Assembly (NCBI GenBank): GCA_036785375.1
Contig: JAWMAR010000070.1
Coordinates: forward strand, 4,588,001-4,652,000
DNA from: Leucoraja ocellata
Lineage: Eukaryota
Reading direction: 5' to 3'
DNA: 64,000 nt
Shown here: positions 1-10,788 of the stretch, piece by piece
How positions within the stretch are numbered: the stretch's first letter is position 1
How the letters are laid out: each line of letters begins with the position of its first letter
Position numbers and translations under genes: made by a program
Notes under the pieces: generated by a model
What the model saw: only the letters and a program-made list of their open reading frames with translations
Told to the model about the DNA's origin: nothing
Databases searched by the model: none

Positions 1-169
1 ATTCTGTCACCCTAGACTTGACTCTCAGGCTGAAGAAGGGTCTCGACCCGATTCTACCCCCATTCCTTCTCTCGAGAGATGCTGCCTGCCCTGCAGAGTT
101 ACTCCAGCATTTTGTGTCTATCTTAAAGGGATCGTAATTAATTTTCGCCTTTAAATTCCAAGGCATTGA

Positions 170-910
170 ACAGGGTTTTTGGTACGCTGGTCTTCATCAG
201 TGAGAACATTCAGAACATAATTTGAGATATTCTGCTTCAGACGTGCAGATGTTGAGTCCACGCTTTGGGAATTATGTTCAGCTTTAGTCCCTCAGTTCCA
301 AGAAAAGTGCCGTTGAGGTGGACAGCGTGCAGAAAGGTTTTAGGGCGACGCTGCCTGGACAGGATGTGATTGACGCAGGGAGCGATTGGACAAACTCAGA
401 CTTCATTCCTTGGTGTGGAAATGATTGAGCGAGGAACTTATAGAAATATATCAATCACGAGAAGCATGTTCATTTTCCCACGATGTGTGGGATGAGGAAG
501 TGGAGGACAGAGGTAATGGGAACTATTTAAAGAGGGGGGAATAGTAAGGTGTCACTTACTGTAAATGGCATGTAAGGTGTCACTTACTGTAATGGCATGT
601 TTCGTACAGATGAGTGGCCGAAGCTGAACACAATTCGCCCAAGTTCGACCTCAACAACATATGTACAACTGAAACATAACATCCCAACTTCTGTTCTGAG
701 GGACAACATTGTCCACGCATTGGGTGATATTTATATGGAACCTGCTGCCAGAGGAAGTTGTTGAGGCAGTTAGAATATTAGCAGTTAAAATACATTTTGG
801 ACAGTTGCGTAGATTGGGATCATTGCGAGTGATGAGGGAGAAACGTGGACATATGGCTATGGACTAGAAAGACATGTTGGTCGGCATGAATGAGCTGTTG
901 TGATGGGCAT
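170..910 (+). mobile_element. Old degenerate CR1-type LINE 3' region (copies at about 18270-18980, 40780-41500, 44895-45610)
   Basis: Decayed similarity to the better-preserved CR1 at 57008-57649 (e.g. tgttcagctttagtccc, atatggaacctgctgccagaggaagttgttgaggcag). Confidence 0.6.
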
Positions 911-1095
911 ATTTCGGTTCTCTATAACTCTAACCTTCTTCGGTTTCTGGGCTTCGCACACTCACAGAGATGTAGATGAGCCGGTGAGATATCAACCGGA
1001 CGGTTCGGGCTGAGATAAAGGGCTGCTGAGATTTAGCATGTGTTTGGTTTTTAACTGTTCATACAGGTGACTGAATGTTTGCTCCATTCCCACAG

Positions 1096-1416
1096 AACCC
1101 GTGTCTGCTCCTGTGCTCAGATATCTGTCACCAGCAAATGCCTCACGTCTCGGAGGCTCAGTGTCAGTGTCCTGTGCGTCTGTCAGTGGATCCCTTCCTA
1201 TCCGTTACACATGGTGTGAGAAGAACGAGCATGGGTGGTCAACGATCTTGTATGGCAATCAACTGGATCTGAGTTGTGAAATCCTCGCCGGCCAACACCG
1301 TCAATATTACTGCACAGCCTCAAATAATCATGGGACAAAATCCAGTGAAATACTCAACGTGAAAGTCTTCAAACGAGAAGGAACGTGCATTTATGTGACA
1401 GAAATGAACAATGCAG
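1096..1416 (+). CDS. Gene A exon: C2-type Ig domain (FcRL/PECAM-like)
   Basis: cccacag|AA CCC GTG ... GCA G|gtgagt; 321 nt, phase 1-1; SVSC...GSLPIRYTW...YYCTASN. Confidence 0.88.
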
Positions 1417-4400
1417 GTGAGTGTTAACTCATTCACCCTTGGGTGAACCATTCACCAGTTTAAGAAGCACTGGCCTAGGCCACAGTTTCGCTGAACACTT
1501 GTGCTTGGTCTGTCATGACCCAGAATCCCGCTTGAAAGACACCCCATTTTCAACCTCCCCCGCTGATGCAGAGCAGCAGCAGTTTACACCATCTGCACGA
1601 TGCACTGCAGCAACTCACCAAGACTCCCTAGACAGCGCCTTCCAATTGCAACAGGCTCCGTGTCCAATGCATCATTCTTCACCATTCACACCCACATTGG
1701 CTGGGAAGCGCTTTGGAACGACCTGTACAGGTGGTAAGGGACAGTGTACAGTAACTGTCTCTCATCGCAATCTAGGTGGAATTCAACACAGCTAAGAAAA
1801 TGATTGGGCGGAGTCCCTTGTATACTAGAATGTGTATGTTTGTGAAAGGCTAATTTTGCTCTTCAATTTATCAAAGATGCTTCCTTTAGTTTCAGGTGCA
1901 CTATGGGCTGAGAGCGAAGTAAGAGGGGTTGTGGGAAGAGCGATCACAATCGATTTTCACTATGCAGCAGTGTACCGCTCACACACAAAATACTGGTGCC
2001 GTGGGACAAGTCGCCAGTGTACACATGTAGGTGAAACAAATGGGAAGAGCGGAAGAGCGTCAATCACAGATAACCCGGAACGAGGAATATTTACTGTGAC
2101 TGTGGAGGATCTTCACTCTGCTGATACAGGATGGTACAGATGTGGAATTACTGCACCTGGCGAACCAACATTTAAAGTATATCTCCAAGTATCTGAAGGT
2201 AGGTTTCTCAATGAGTGACTTTATGTCTCCACTTTGGCAACGCATAAAACATTTGTTAGGTGGGAATCTGGTGCACAGTTCTGGTCGCCGCTTTATAAAA
2301 CAAAAGATGTGGAAGGTTTGGAGAGGTTACAGAAAAGGTTCACCGGGATGTTTAGTTGTAGTTTACAAATGCAACTTGGAAACGGATCCTTCGGCCCACT
2401 GAGTCCACACCGACTAGCGATCACCGGTCACACTAGTTCTATGTTATTCCACTTCCCCATTCGCTCCCTACACACAATTCTACAATACCGTCATTCACAC
2501 ACATCATTAGTTCAACAGTATCACCATCAACAATTTTATACAAGGAAATTAAAAAGTTGTTGAGAGTGATACTGTTGCACTAATGAGGTGTTTGAATATT
2601 GATATTTTAGAATTGTGGCAGTTTCAGATTACAAATACTGCAGATTCTGGAAATATTAAACAAATAGAGATGGTGCTGCTGTGTACTGGTCCAGTGGCTG
2701 ACATGGTAGTTCTTTCAGAGAGGAGGATGGAGAGCCACAGAGATGTACAAATCTGGTAAATGGATTGTGAGGAGAAGGAGCTTTCTGACTGGCAATTTGG
2801 CTGTCGCTTTGAAATGTAGCATCTGAGTAGCTGACATTGTCCTCATCTGTACCGGAGTGTGTCCATGTCGATTCCCTTCAAAATTGCGCTCCAGCATACA
2901 CAGTTTGATTTTGATTAGACAAATGGGCAGCATCCTTGTTCTTTTCAATGTCTAACAGTGTTGCATAAACGATGCTCCCTTTTTCCTGCTGGTAATTCCT
3001 GAAATGTATAAGAGAATCCAAGATGTGTCTGATGATTTGTCTGATTTGTGTTCAGTTTTAGTTGGATAGGGTGCAGAATAGATTTACAAGGATGTTGCGA
3101 TGACTTGAGGGCCTGACTTCGAGGGACGGGTTATAGACAATAGACAATAGACAATAGAAAATTGAGCAGACTAGGACATTATTTCTTGGAGCGCAGTAGG
3201 AAGAAGGATGATCTTATGGCAGCTACAAAATCATGTGATGAATAGATCGAGTAAATGCACAGAGTCTTTTGCCCCGAGTAGGGGAATCTAGAACCAGAGG
3301 ACATAGTTTTAAGATGAGGGGGGAATGATTTAACAAGAACCTGGGGAGTAACGATTTTACACAAAGGTTGGTAGGTCTATGAAACGAACAGCCGACAGAT
3401 GTAGTTATGGCAGGTACTATCACAACCTTTAAGAATAATTTGGACAGGTACATGAATAGTATAAGTTTAGAGGGTTAAGGGCCAAGCAAGGGCAGGTGGA
3501 ACTAGTGCAGATTGGGAGTGTTGGTCAGTGCGGGCAGGTTTGACTGAAAGGCCTGTTTCTACGCTGTATGACTCTATGATTATATGTAGATGGATGGATC
3601 AGATTCCAACCCGGCGGCTCTGGCTAGGATACAGAGATGGTGGATATTGGCGAGTGTTTGATTTTCAGATGTTCATTCAGTATCTGACTGTTTGCTCCTT
3701 TCCCACAGAACCCGTGTCTGTTCCTGTGCTTGGATTTCTGTCACCAGCCAATGCTTCCTGTCTCGGGGGCTCAGTGACAGTGTCCTGTGAGTCGGTCCGG
3801 GGATCGCTTCCCATTAGGTACATCTGGTATGAAAAGACCCCATCTGGGGATTCAAAGATCTCAGACAACAAGAACCTGGATCTACGTTGTCAATCCTTCA
3901 AACACCAGCACCATCAATATTTCTGCACAGCTTCAAATCAACATGGATCAAAATCCAGTGAAATGGTCAACATGTCCATCTCCAGCAGTGACGTGCCCTG
4001 TAGTTTCCTGGTAAAAATCAACGGCACTGGTAAGTAGTGAAGGGAATGGGGAGAAGAAGGGGAAGTGGGGGTGGGGTTGTCCATAAAATCACAAGTGATA
4101 GAAGCAGAAATAGACCATTCAATCATGGCTGATCTATCTTCCCCTCTTCACCCCATTCTCCTGCCTTCTCCCCAAACCCCCGACACCCTGAAATCCATGC
4201 ACATTATTTAATTAATTTATCAAGATTAAAATGATGAAATTATGGCCCATTTGTCAATACTTGGTTGCTGGGCTCCAGAATTAGATTTCCCAGTGCTGGT
4301 GTAGGCCAGCTTCCCGGCTAGAACTTCCTCTTATGTTTACACAGCTTTAAACTAGGTTTGCAGTGACATCAGTCCAAGCACTTTCACTTTCCATCATCTC

Positions 4401-7400
4401 CACATGACCGACACTCAAATATGGGAAGGGAACAGAAATTATCCGTATATGTGACCACAGTTAACTTCTAGACTCTATCAGATTTGGTCCACTGTGTTAC
4501 CATTAAGTACCATCGATACTTATCCCATTTTTACCAGCCGCTCATCCATAGTCTTCTTAGACTTGGCAATTCAAGTGCCCTCACCATCTCGGTTTAAAAA
4601 TATTTCTTGCTCACATACCCTCCAAATATTCCACTGCTTAACCCAACCCTATGTTCTCCATTTCTATGCACATCTGCTGTGCTGATTTCCCACGAAATAC
4701 CCTATCTATGTTCCTCATAGCTTTGCACACCTGCAATAGCTTCCTCATTCCTCTCCAGTGTGGAATGAAAGTCCCATTTATCCAGTTTAGTTTAGAGATC
4801 CAGCGTGGAAGCAGCTGCCTTTCACCGGTACACAAATTCTACAATTAGGAACAATTCTAAACTAAGGGACAATTTACAGAACCCAATTAACCTACAAACC
4901 TACACGTCTTTAGTTTAGAGATACAGCGCGGAAACAAGCCCTTTGGCCCACCGGGTCCGCGCCGACCAGCAAGGACCCGCCGACCTGAGATCCATCCCCG
5001 CATATTAACACCATCCTACACCCACTAGGGATCATTTTTACATTTACCAAACCAATGTAACCTACAAACCTGCACGTCTTTGGAGTGTGGGAGGAAACTG
5101 AAGATCTCGGCGAAAACCCACGCAGGTCACGGGGAGAACGTACACACTCCGTATAGACAGCACCCGTAGTCGGGATCGAACTTGGGCTGCATTCGTTGGC
5201 AGCAACTCTACCACTGTGCTGCCGTATTGTTGGCGACCTGAGTTGTAACCAGTGCTCCAGCTTATCTTGACAACATCTCCCATTTGCTGCAAATTACAAT
5301 GAAGAAACATTGCCCTGTCTATTAAGCCTATAAACTCTTTACATCGGACAATCATGCTCTCTTGTTCAACTGCAAGCAAAAAGCAGTGAAACTGATTTTT
5401 ATTTCCTTGTTCCAACAGGACCTGAATATTCTTGTGAAACTTCGAAAGGATCCGAAGATTCTTCAAGGTAAACTACTCTGTTTCCAATGAAAGGTGCTAT
5501 ATACTAATTGCTGGTGTTTTGATTGTGATTGCTTCAATTGGGAAATTGGGAGAGTTGTGTCTTCCGTTCACTGGCATTAAAGGCCAGTTGGAGTATTAAT
5601 CTGAATACACAGTGACACAGCCAGTAGAATCACAGCCTCACAATGCCAGGACACTGATCTTATGACCTTATTCTATAATAATATAAGTATATAATTTGAA
5701 ACCAGATAATACTTAACAAATCAGAAGGGAAATTGCACTGGTTTACATCTCATTGTGTTGTGTATATGCTTGGGTGATAAGAACAAATTCCTCCATTTGT
5801 TGCCCTTCAGAGGGCGTTCCCTGCAGTATTCACCATGACATCTCCATCACTAACCTCATCCCATGGTGTGAGATGAGTATAGTTGTCAAACCCAATTATT
5901 GTTGTTTTGCCTTGCTGTGACCTGTTCTGGCGTGGTACTGATAGGAAAATGCATAGTGAATTATGGGCTAAAACACCACCTTTGATATCACTTATGGCAT
6001 GACCTTGCTGAGTTGGTCAAAGTCTCAATGTCAGTCACTCCAACAGCAGGAAGTGTCTCCACCTAGAACGTGACCCTGGGAGGGAGGCACGTTAGGTCAC
6101 ACTGCTGACCTTGAGATGGTTATGGTGAGCCACCTTCTGGATATGTTGAAGGTTTGTAGGTTAATTGACTTCTGTAAATTGTCTCTAATGTTTAGCGTAG
6201 ATCTAGTGTATAGGGATTGCTGGCCGATGAAGACTTGGTGTGCCGAAAAGCCTGTTTCCATGCTGTACCTCTAAACTAAACTAAACTAAATCAAACTCAG
6301 CTGAACTAAACTAAACTAATCATTGCAAACAAGTGTTTAACAGTTCCCACGCATCTTTCCTTAATGGTTGGACGCAATTGCTCTTCAACCAATTTCACGA
6401 TCGTTGGCCAATGTCACCTTACTGAGAGCAGATTAGTTGCTGCATTACCCACCGAAACAGACTCTTCATTTCCTTTGCTACACACTTCAAAAAAATCATG
6501 AAAGGTGCCGTATAAATGCTTGACTTGTGTTCTTTACTGAAGGCCAAGAATCAATGATGAGCCATACCTCACCCTTCCCTATTCTCTGTCTGACAGGATC
6601 ATTTACATAGTTGCGTCTGGTGTCACTGTGCTTCTCCTGATTCTCATCATTGCCTTCTTTTGGTACCGAAAGCGTAAAACCAAGGGTGAGTTTTTGATTT
6701 CCCTTAAATAATTTCACAATACATGCCTCGGTTCCTTGCAGAATGTCAAGAGATTTAATTCTGTTCTAATCAACAAATGCCCTGCATTAAAGTAATAAAG
6801 TGTAGGAGGAAGCATGAATGATCAATAATGCTATTATGTTTGATGCTATCATGGTGAGTCGGTGACAAAAACTGTTCTTTTAACATCATTGCACAGAAAC
6901 TGTCTGACCTTATATTTAGGAGTATCTCCTAAATAAAAGGTCTTCCACACAACACGTAGATGTTTCTGTGTGTTGGAAGGAACTGCCGATGCTGGTTTAC
7001 AATGAAGATAAACACAAAATGCTCAAACAGTTCAGCGGGTCAGGGTGCGCCTCTCCAGAAGAGGAATGGGTGAGGTTTAGAGTCGAGACCCTTCTTCAGA
7101 CTGAGAGTCAGGGGAAAGGGAAATGAGAGATCTAGAAGGTACATAGAACAAATGAATGAAATATGTGAATGAATGATGTTTAAACCTGTTCCTGATATGG
7201 CCCTATCGACATCATATTTTGCAGAATCCAAGTGCAATACATCACGCGGTGAAGACAACAATGAAACCCAGGTAAAACTGTGAAGTATAAATTCTCTGAG
7301 TGTTGAAGAATATATAGTATTGAATTATCTGTGTTTACACATGTCGTTTAGCAACACCAGTCCACTCCAGTTAAGAGATCCATTGCAGAAGCACGCCCTT

Positions 7401-7966
7401 CGGCCCACAGAGTCAACGCTGCCCGGAGAACCCTGCACACTAACACTATCCTACACACACTAGGGGCAATTTGCAATTATGCCAAACCATTTAACCTACA
7501 AACCTGTTGTAGGCACTGTCAGGCAACAACTCTACCGCTGCTCTGCCGAGCTGCGCTATCTTTGTGTTGTAAACAGCAGCCAATGGCTTGTACTGTACAC
7601 TGAACAGTTTGAGGCCTACTTTGTAATAGACATCTGTTGAGGACCTATCAGATCTATTAGGTTGTAAAATTGAATTTTGATATATTTTAGGAAATGACAG
7701 CATTGGAAGGGACTGACATTTATGCAAATCTGCAGCAACCTGGAAACAACAGGGCAGGTGGCCATTTGGATAACAATGAAGGTGGAATCACGTATGCAGT
7801 GGTGAATTGTCAAAGGAAGTCGAGATCAAGGGAGCATGTGACTGACAACGATGTCGTCTACGCAGATGTCAATTTTCATCGCAACTGCCCAAAGGGCAAT
7901 CGGAAACCCCACTCTACTGTGACTCCAGAGAACACTGAGTCAATCTATGCCTCTGTTGTTTCTTAG
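1096..7966 (+). CDS. Gene A (5'-partial): CD300/pIgR-like multi-Ig inhibitory receptor (MDIR-like); visible exons C2-V-C2-stalk-TM-cyt1-cyt2
   Basis: Exons 1096-1416, 1896-2198, 3709-4029, 5419-5467, 6597-6685, 7225-7271, 7691-7966 all have AG/GT boundaries and join in one open frame (phases 1,1,1,2,1,0). The 5' exons lie upstream of the window. Confidence 0.88.
1896..2198 (+). CDS. Gene A exon: CD300/pIgR-like V domain (B-strand Cys replaced by Phe)
   Basis: tttcag|GT GCA CTA TGG ... GAA G|gtaggt; KYWC-x6-C second disulfide, DTGWYRC; alternative in-frame acceptor at 1890. Confidence 0.88.
2715..2998 (-). pseudogene. Antisense relic of an ITIM-bearing terminal exon (copy 1)
   Basis: Minus strand: tctcttatacatttcag|GAATTACCAGCAGG..., encoding GSIVYATL...QTVYAGAQF...DNVSYSDATF with frameshifts. 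Confidence 0.65.
3060..3580 (+). mobile_element. Degenerate CR1-type LINE 3' end (copies at about 25890-26410, 48855-49330)
   Basis: gaaccagaggacatagttttaagatgag...gcaggtactatcacaacc...ggcctgtttctacgctgtatgactctatg tail. Confidence 0.65.
3709..4029 (+). CDS. Gene A exon: membrane-proximal C2-type Ig domain
   Basis: cccacag|AA CCC ... ACT G|gtaagt; 321 nt; EPVSVPVLGF...VSC...W...YFC. Confidence 0.88.
4912..5225 (-). mobile_element. tRNA-derived SINE (HE1/V-SINE-like); copies at about 27737-28050 and 50670-50906
   Basis: Reverse complement of the motif ggcacagcggtagagttgctgcc...gttcgatcc...ggagtttgtacgttctccccgtgacc...cccacactccaaagacgt, repeated many times in the window. Confidence 0.7.
5419..5467 (+). 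CDS. Gene A exon: short stalk (GPEYSCETSKGSEDSSR)
   Basis: ttccaacag|GA...TCA AG|gtaaac; 49 nt, phase 1-2; bridges C2 to the TM frame; present in genes B and C. Confidence 0.8.
6597..6685 (+). CDS. Gene A exon: transmembrane (IIYIVASGVTVLLLILIIAFFWY-RKRKTK)
   Basis: ctgacag|G ATC...AAG G|gtgagt; uncharged hydrophobic helix followed by a basic stop-transfer. Confidence 0.9.
7225..7271 (+). CDS. Gene A exon: cytoplasmic 1 (ESKCNTSRGEDNNETQ)
   Basis: ttttgcag|AA...CAG|gtaaaa; 47 nt, phase 1-0. Confidence 0.8.
7691..7966 (+). CDS. Gene A terminal exon: ITIM-bearing tail
   Basis: attttag|GAA ATG...TAG; motifs DIYANL, ITYAVV, VVYADV, SIYASV. Confidence 0.9.
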   Translation, partial: EMTALEGTDIYANLQQPGNNRAGGHLDNNEGGITYAVVNCQRKSRSREHVTDNDVVYADVNFHRNCPKGNRKPHSTVTPENTESIYASVVS

Positions 7967-10096
7967 GAGCAATTTTCAATTTGGTGTAAGTTTTTGGCAA
8001 TACTCGCTTCACCACTGTATTCAGATTACACTGCTTTAATCTGTTCTATACTTTGCCAAAGATGGACACAAAATGCTGGAATAACTCAGCAGGTCAGGCA
8101 GCATCTCTGGAGAAAATGGACAGGTGGCCTTTGAGGTTGGGATCCTTCTTCAGATGGTCTGTGGAAAGGTCCGGACCATAAATGGTACCAATCCATTTTC
8201 GCCAGAGATGTTTCTTGACCATCTGAGTTACTCTAGCATTTTGGGTTAGTCTTTGGTATAAACTGGCATCTTTTTATAGCTCTACTTTGTCAAACTCTTT
8301 CTGAATGGTTTTGTTCAATTCATCAGGTGTCAGGGGTGATGGGGAGAAGGCAGGAGAGTGGTGTTTGGAGGGAGAGGTAAATCAGCGATGATTGAATGGT
8401 GGAGTAGCCTTGATGGGTCAAATTGTCTGCTCCTATCACTAATGACCTTATGAATTCCACTCCCATCACCAATCTATTTCATCCGCAAGTATAATGAATG
8501 GGCCTAGACCATGCATACAAATGATAAAATGGCACTGCTTCCCATTCTTGTCATACCCACCCTCATTCCCTCCACCCACAAGTTCCCCAACCCTCTCATC
8601 ATCATTCCTTGCAAGCGGCAGCCTAGGCACACCACACCCCATTGTCTATGGGCCAAAATATAGTGTGTTCAAGTCCATAAAGGGGCAATGGATCAAGCAA
8701 GAACATGGGTTCAAGTGGATAGTTGGCTCAGGCAGATAAGCCACGATGTAACACACGTAAGTTCAATTGGAAATGTTGATCTTTGCAGCATTGCTACAGG
8801 ACCTCTTCTCAAATCTAGAGGTACTCTGTTAGAAAGATACAAAGTTCTTACAGAGCAGCAGAGTGCAGGTGAAGGGATGAGGTTTTCCTTGTCTCAATTA
8901 TCCAGACGCAGTGAGGGGGGTTAAGTAAGGCCATAGGGCCTGTTTCGGCGTGGTATGAATCTATGACTCCAATACAATCTAGCCTGGGAACAATTGTTCC
9001 TTAGATATCAAAGGATCTATGGAAATAGAACTAGTACAGGTTGTTGTCATGATAATGGATAAGCTATGATTTTAATGCATAGTGTCGTCATGAAAGACCT
9101 AGTGGGGACTGACATATTTGTACATTAATTTTTTCACCCTACAATACACATTTATTTGTGTACAACACATTTCCAGTCAATGCACCAACACATCAAAGGC
9201 CAACGTGCTATGGAATGAAACATTGAGTGTGAGCTGCATCTTGCTGGTGGCAACGTGCTTCCAGTTAATATGAGCAGTTGAGCAAAACACACAAAAAAAA
9301 CACTTCAGTGGGTCAAGCAGCATCTCTGAAAGGAAGTGGACAGATGACATTTCAGGCCAGGACCCTACTCTAGACTGGTGTTACTTTTCTCAGAATATGA
9401 CTGCAGCAGAAATTCCCAAACAACCAATGTTCATAGGTTCATACGTTTTAGTGCAGAATTAGACCTTTCGGCCATTCAAGTCTACTCCACAATTCAATCA
9501 TGGCTGATGTATCTTCCCCTCCCAACCCCATTCTAATGCCTTCTCATTATAACCCCTGACACCCACACTGATAAGGAATCTGTCAATATCTGCCTCAGAT
9601 ATATCCATTGACTTGGCATCTGCAGTTTTCTGTTAAAATAAATTCCACAGATTCACCACCTTCTAACGAACGAAATCTAGCCCATATCTCTCTAAACCCA
9701 TCCTGTCCAGCTTCCCTCAGGTTCCTATGAAACCTTTGCCCCTCGCCTTAAATCTATGTCCTCTGGTTCTCAAACTATGTCCTCTGGTTCTCAGGTATTC
9801 AGCAAGAACATGTAGAATATAACAATGTTAGCTCAGGGAGAGCACCTTGCCCTGGCAGGTCAGTGGGTTTCAGGTAGAACACAGTGGCACAGCGGTAGAG
9901 TTGCTGCCTTACAGCGCCTGATACCCAGGTTCGATGCTGACTTCAGGTGCTGTTTGTATGGAATTTGTTCATTCCCCCTGTGTCCGGATAAGTTTTCTCT
10001 GGGTGCTCCAATTTCCTCCTACTCTACAAAGACATACAGACCATCGACTTAACTTTGCAGTTTACTTGCCGGTTTGCAAGCACGAGTAGAGGAGGG

Positions 10097-10788
10097 TGGG
10101 GTTTTAAGAGTTAATGTGTACATAACAGATTGTAATTTGCGCGTGGTGAGTCTGCTTTACTTATTTAGAATTGCTAACTAATAATGGTTTTGCAGAACTG
10201 CAAACGGTGTTATGACTAAAAAGGGAAGAGACCCGATACCAAATAGTACTGCAGAGAAAAACACATCTGTTCTAAACCGGTGCAGAAATGTGCTGATTGT
10301 GTGATTAACTGGACCCGTGCTACTCATGTATAAATATACTGCCTGTGCACAGAATAATTGAGTGGGACCGCGATGGGCAACGATTATGTAACCAGACTCG
10401 TGGATGCTCTCCCACTCCCGCATGCGCAATAAAGGACAATTGTTACATTCTTAAAATGTGGTTTGTTGTTTGATAGCGAGGATAGAAATTTAACATTGGT
10501 GTAGTTGGCAGGATCTCGCTGGGACCATCTCCGACGACTGAGTAAGCGGCTGCTGTCTGGCCGGGATCTCGAGGGGTGTGAAAAGTGCACTATCGGATCC
10601 ATTAAGTCTTAACTCCCGAACGAGTTCCCGGGAAACCGCGGTCCCCGAGGTTGATCTGGCTTCCAGCCGAGATCCACAAGAACCAGAAGTAAGAGAAACA
10701 TCGTTATAATCGACAAGGGGTAGGTTAATTGAACATTCAGACGAAGAAGAATGGGGTCTGTGTAAATTAAGATATTAATTGGACACTC
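10097..10788 (+). mobile_element. Endogenous retrovirus fragment: LTR, tRNA-Ser PBS and leader
   Basis: TATAAATA 10329-10336; AATAAA 10428-10433; LTR ends ...TAACA at 10495; PBS TGGTGTAGTTGGCAGGAT 10497-10514, the complement of the tRNA-Ser 3' end with two CpG>TpG changes; 5' boundary uncertain. Confidence 0.75.

Noticed and set aside
544-598. Tandem duplication of about 28 bp
   Set aside because: Local slippage inside a decayed LINE; no evident function.
1421-1795. Recurrent 124-aa ORF (MLTHSPLGEPF...) also at 16402, 19886, 24454 and 46881
   Set aside because: Intronic patchwork of Penelope (FAEHL) and other repeat-like remnants. It recurs only because the module was duplicated, and it is deleted or frameshifted in other copies (22290-22490, 42200-42550).
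9880-9960. tRNA-like sequence
   Set aside because: Head of a tRNA-derived SINE that continues into the SINE core; no complete cloverleaf.
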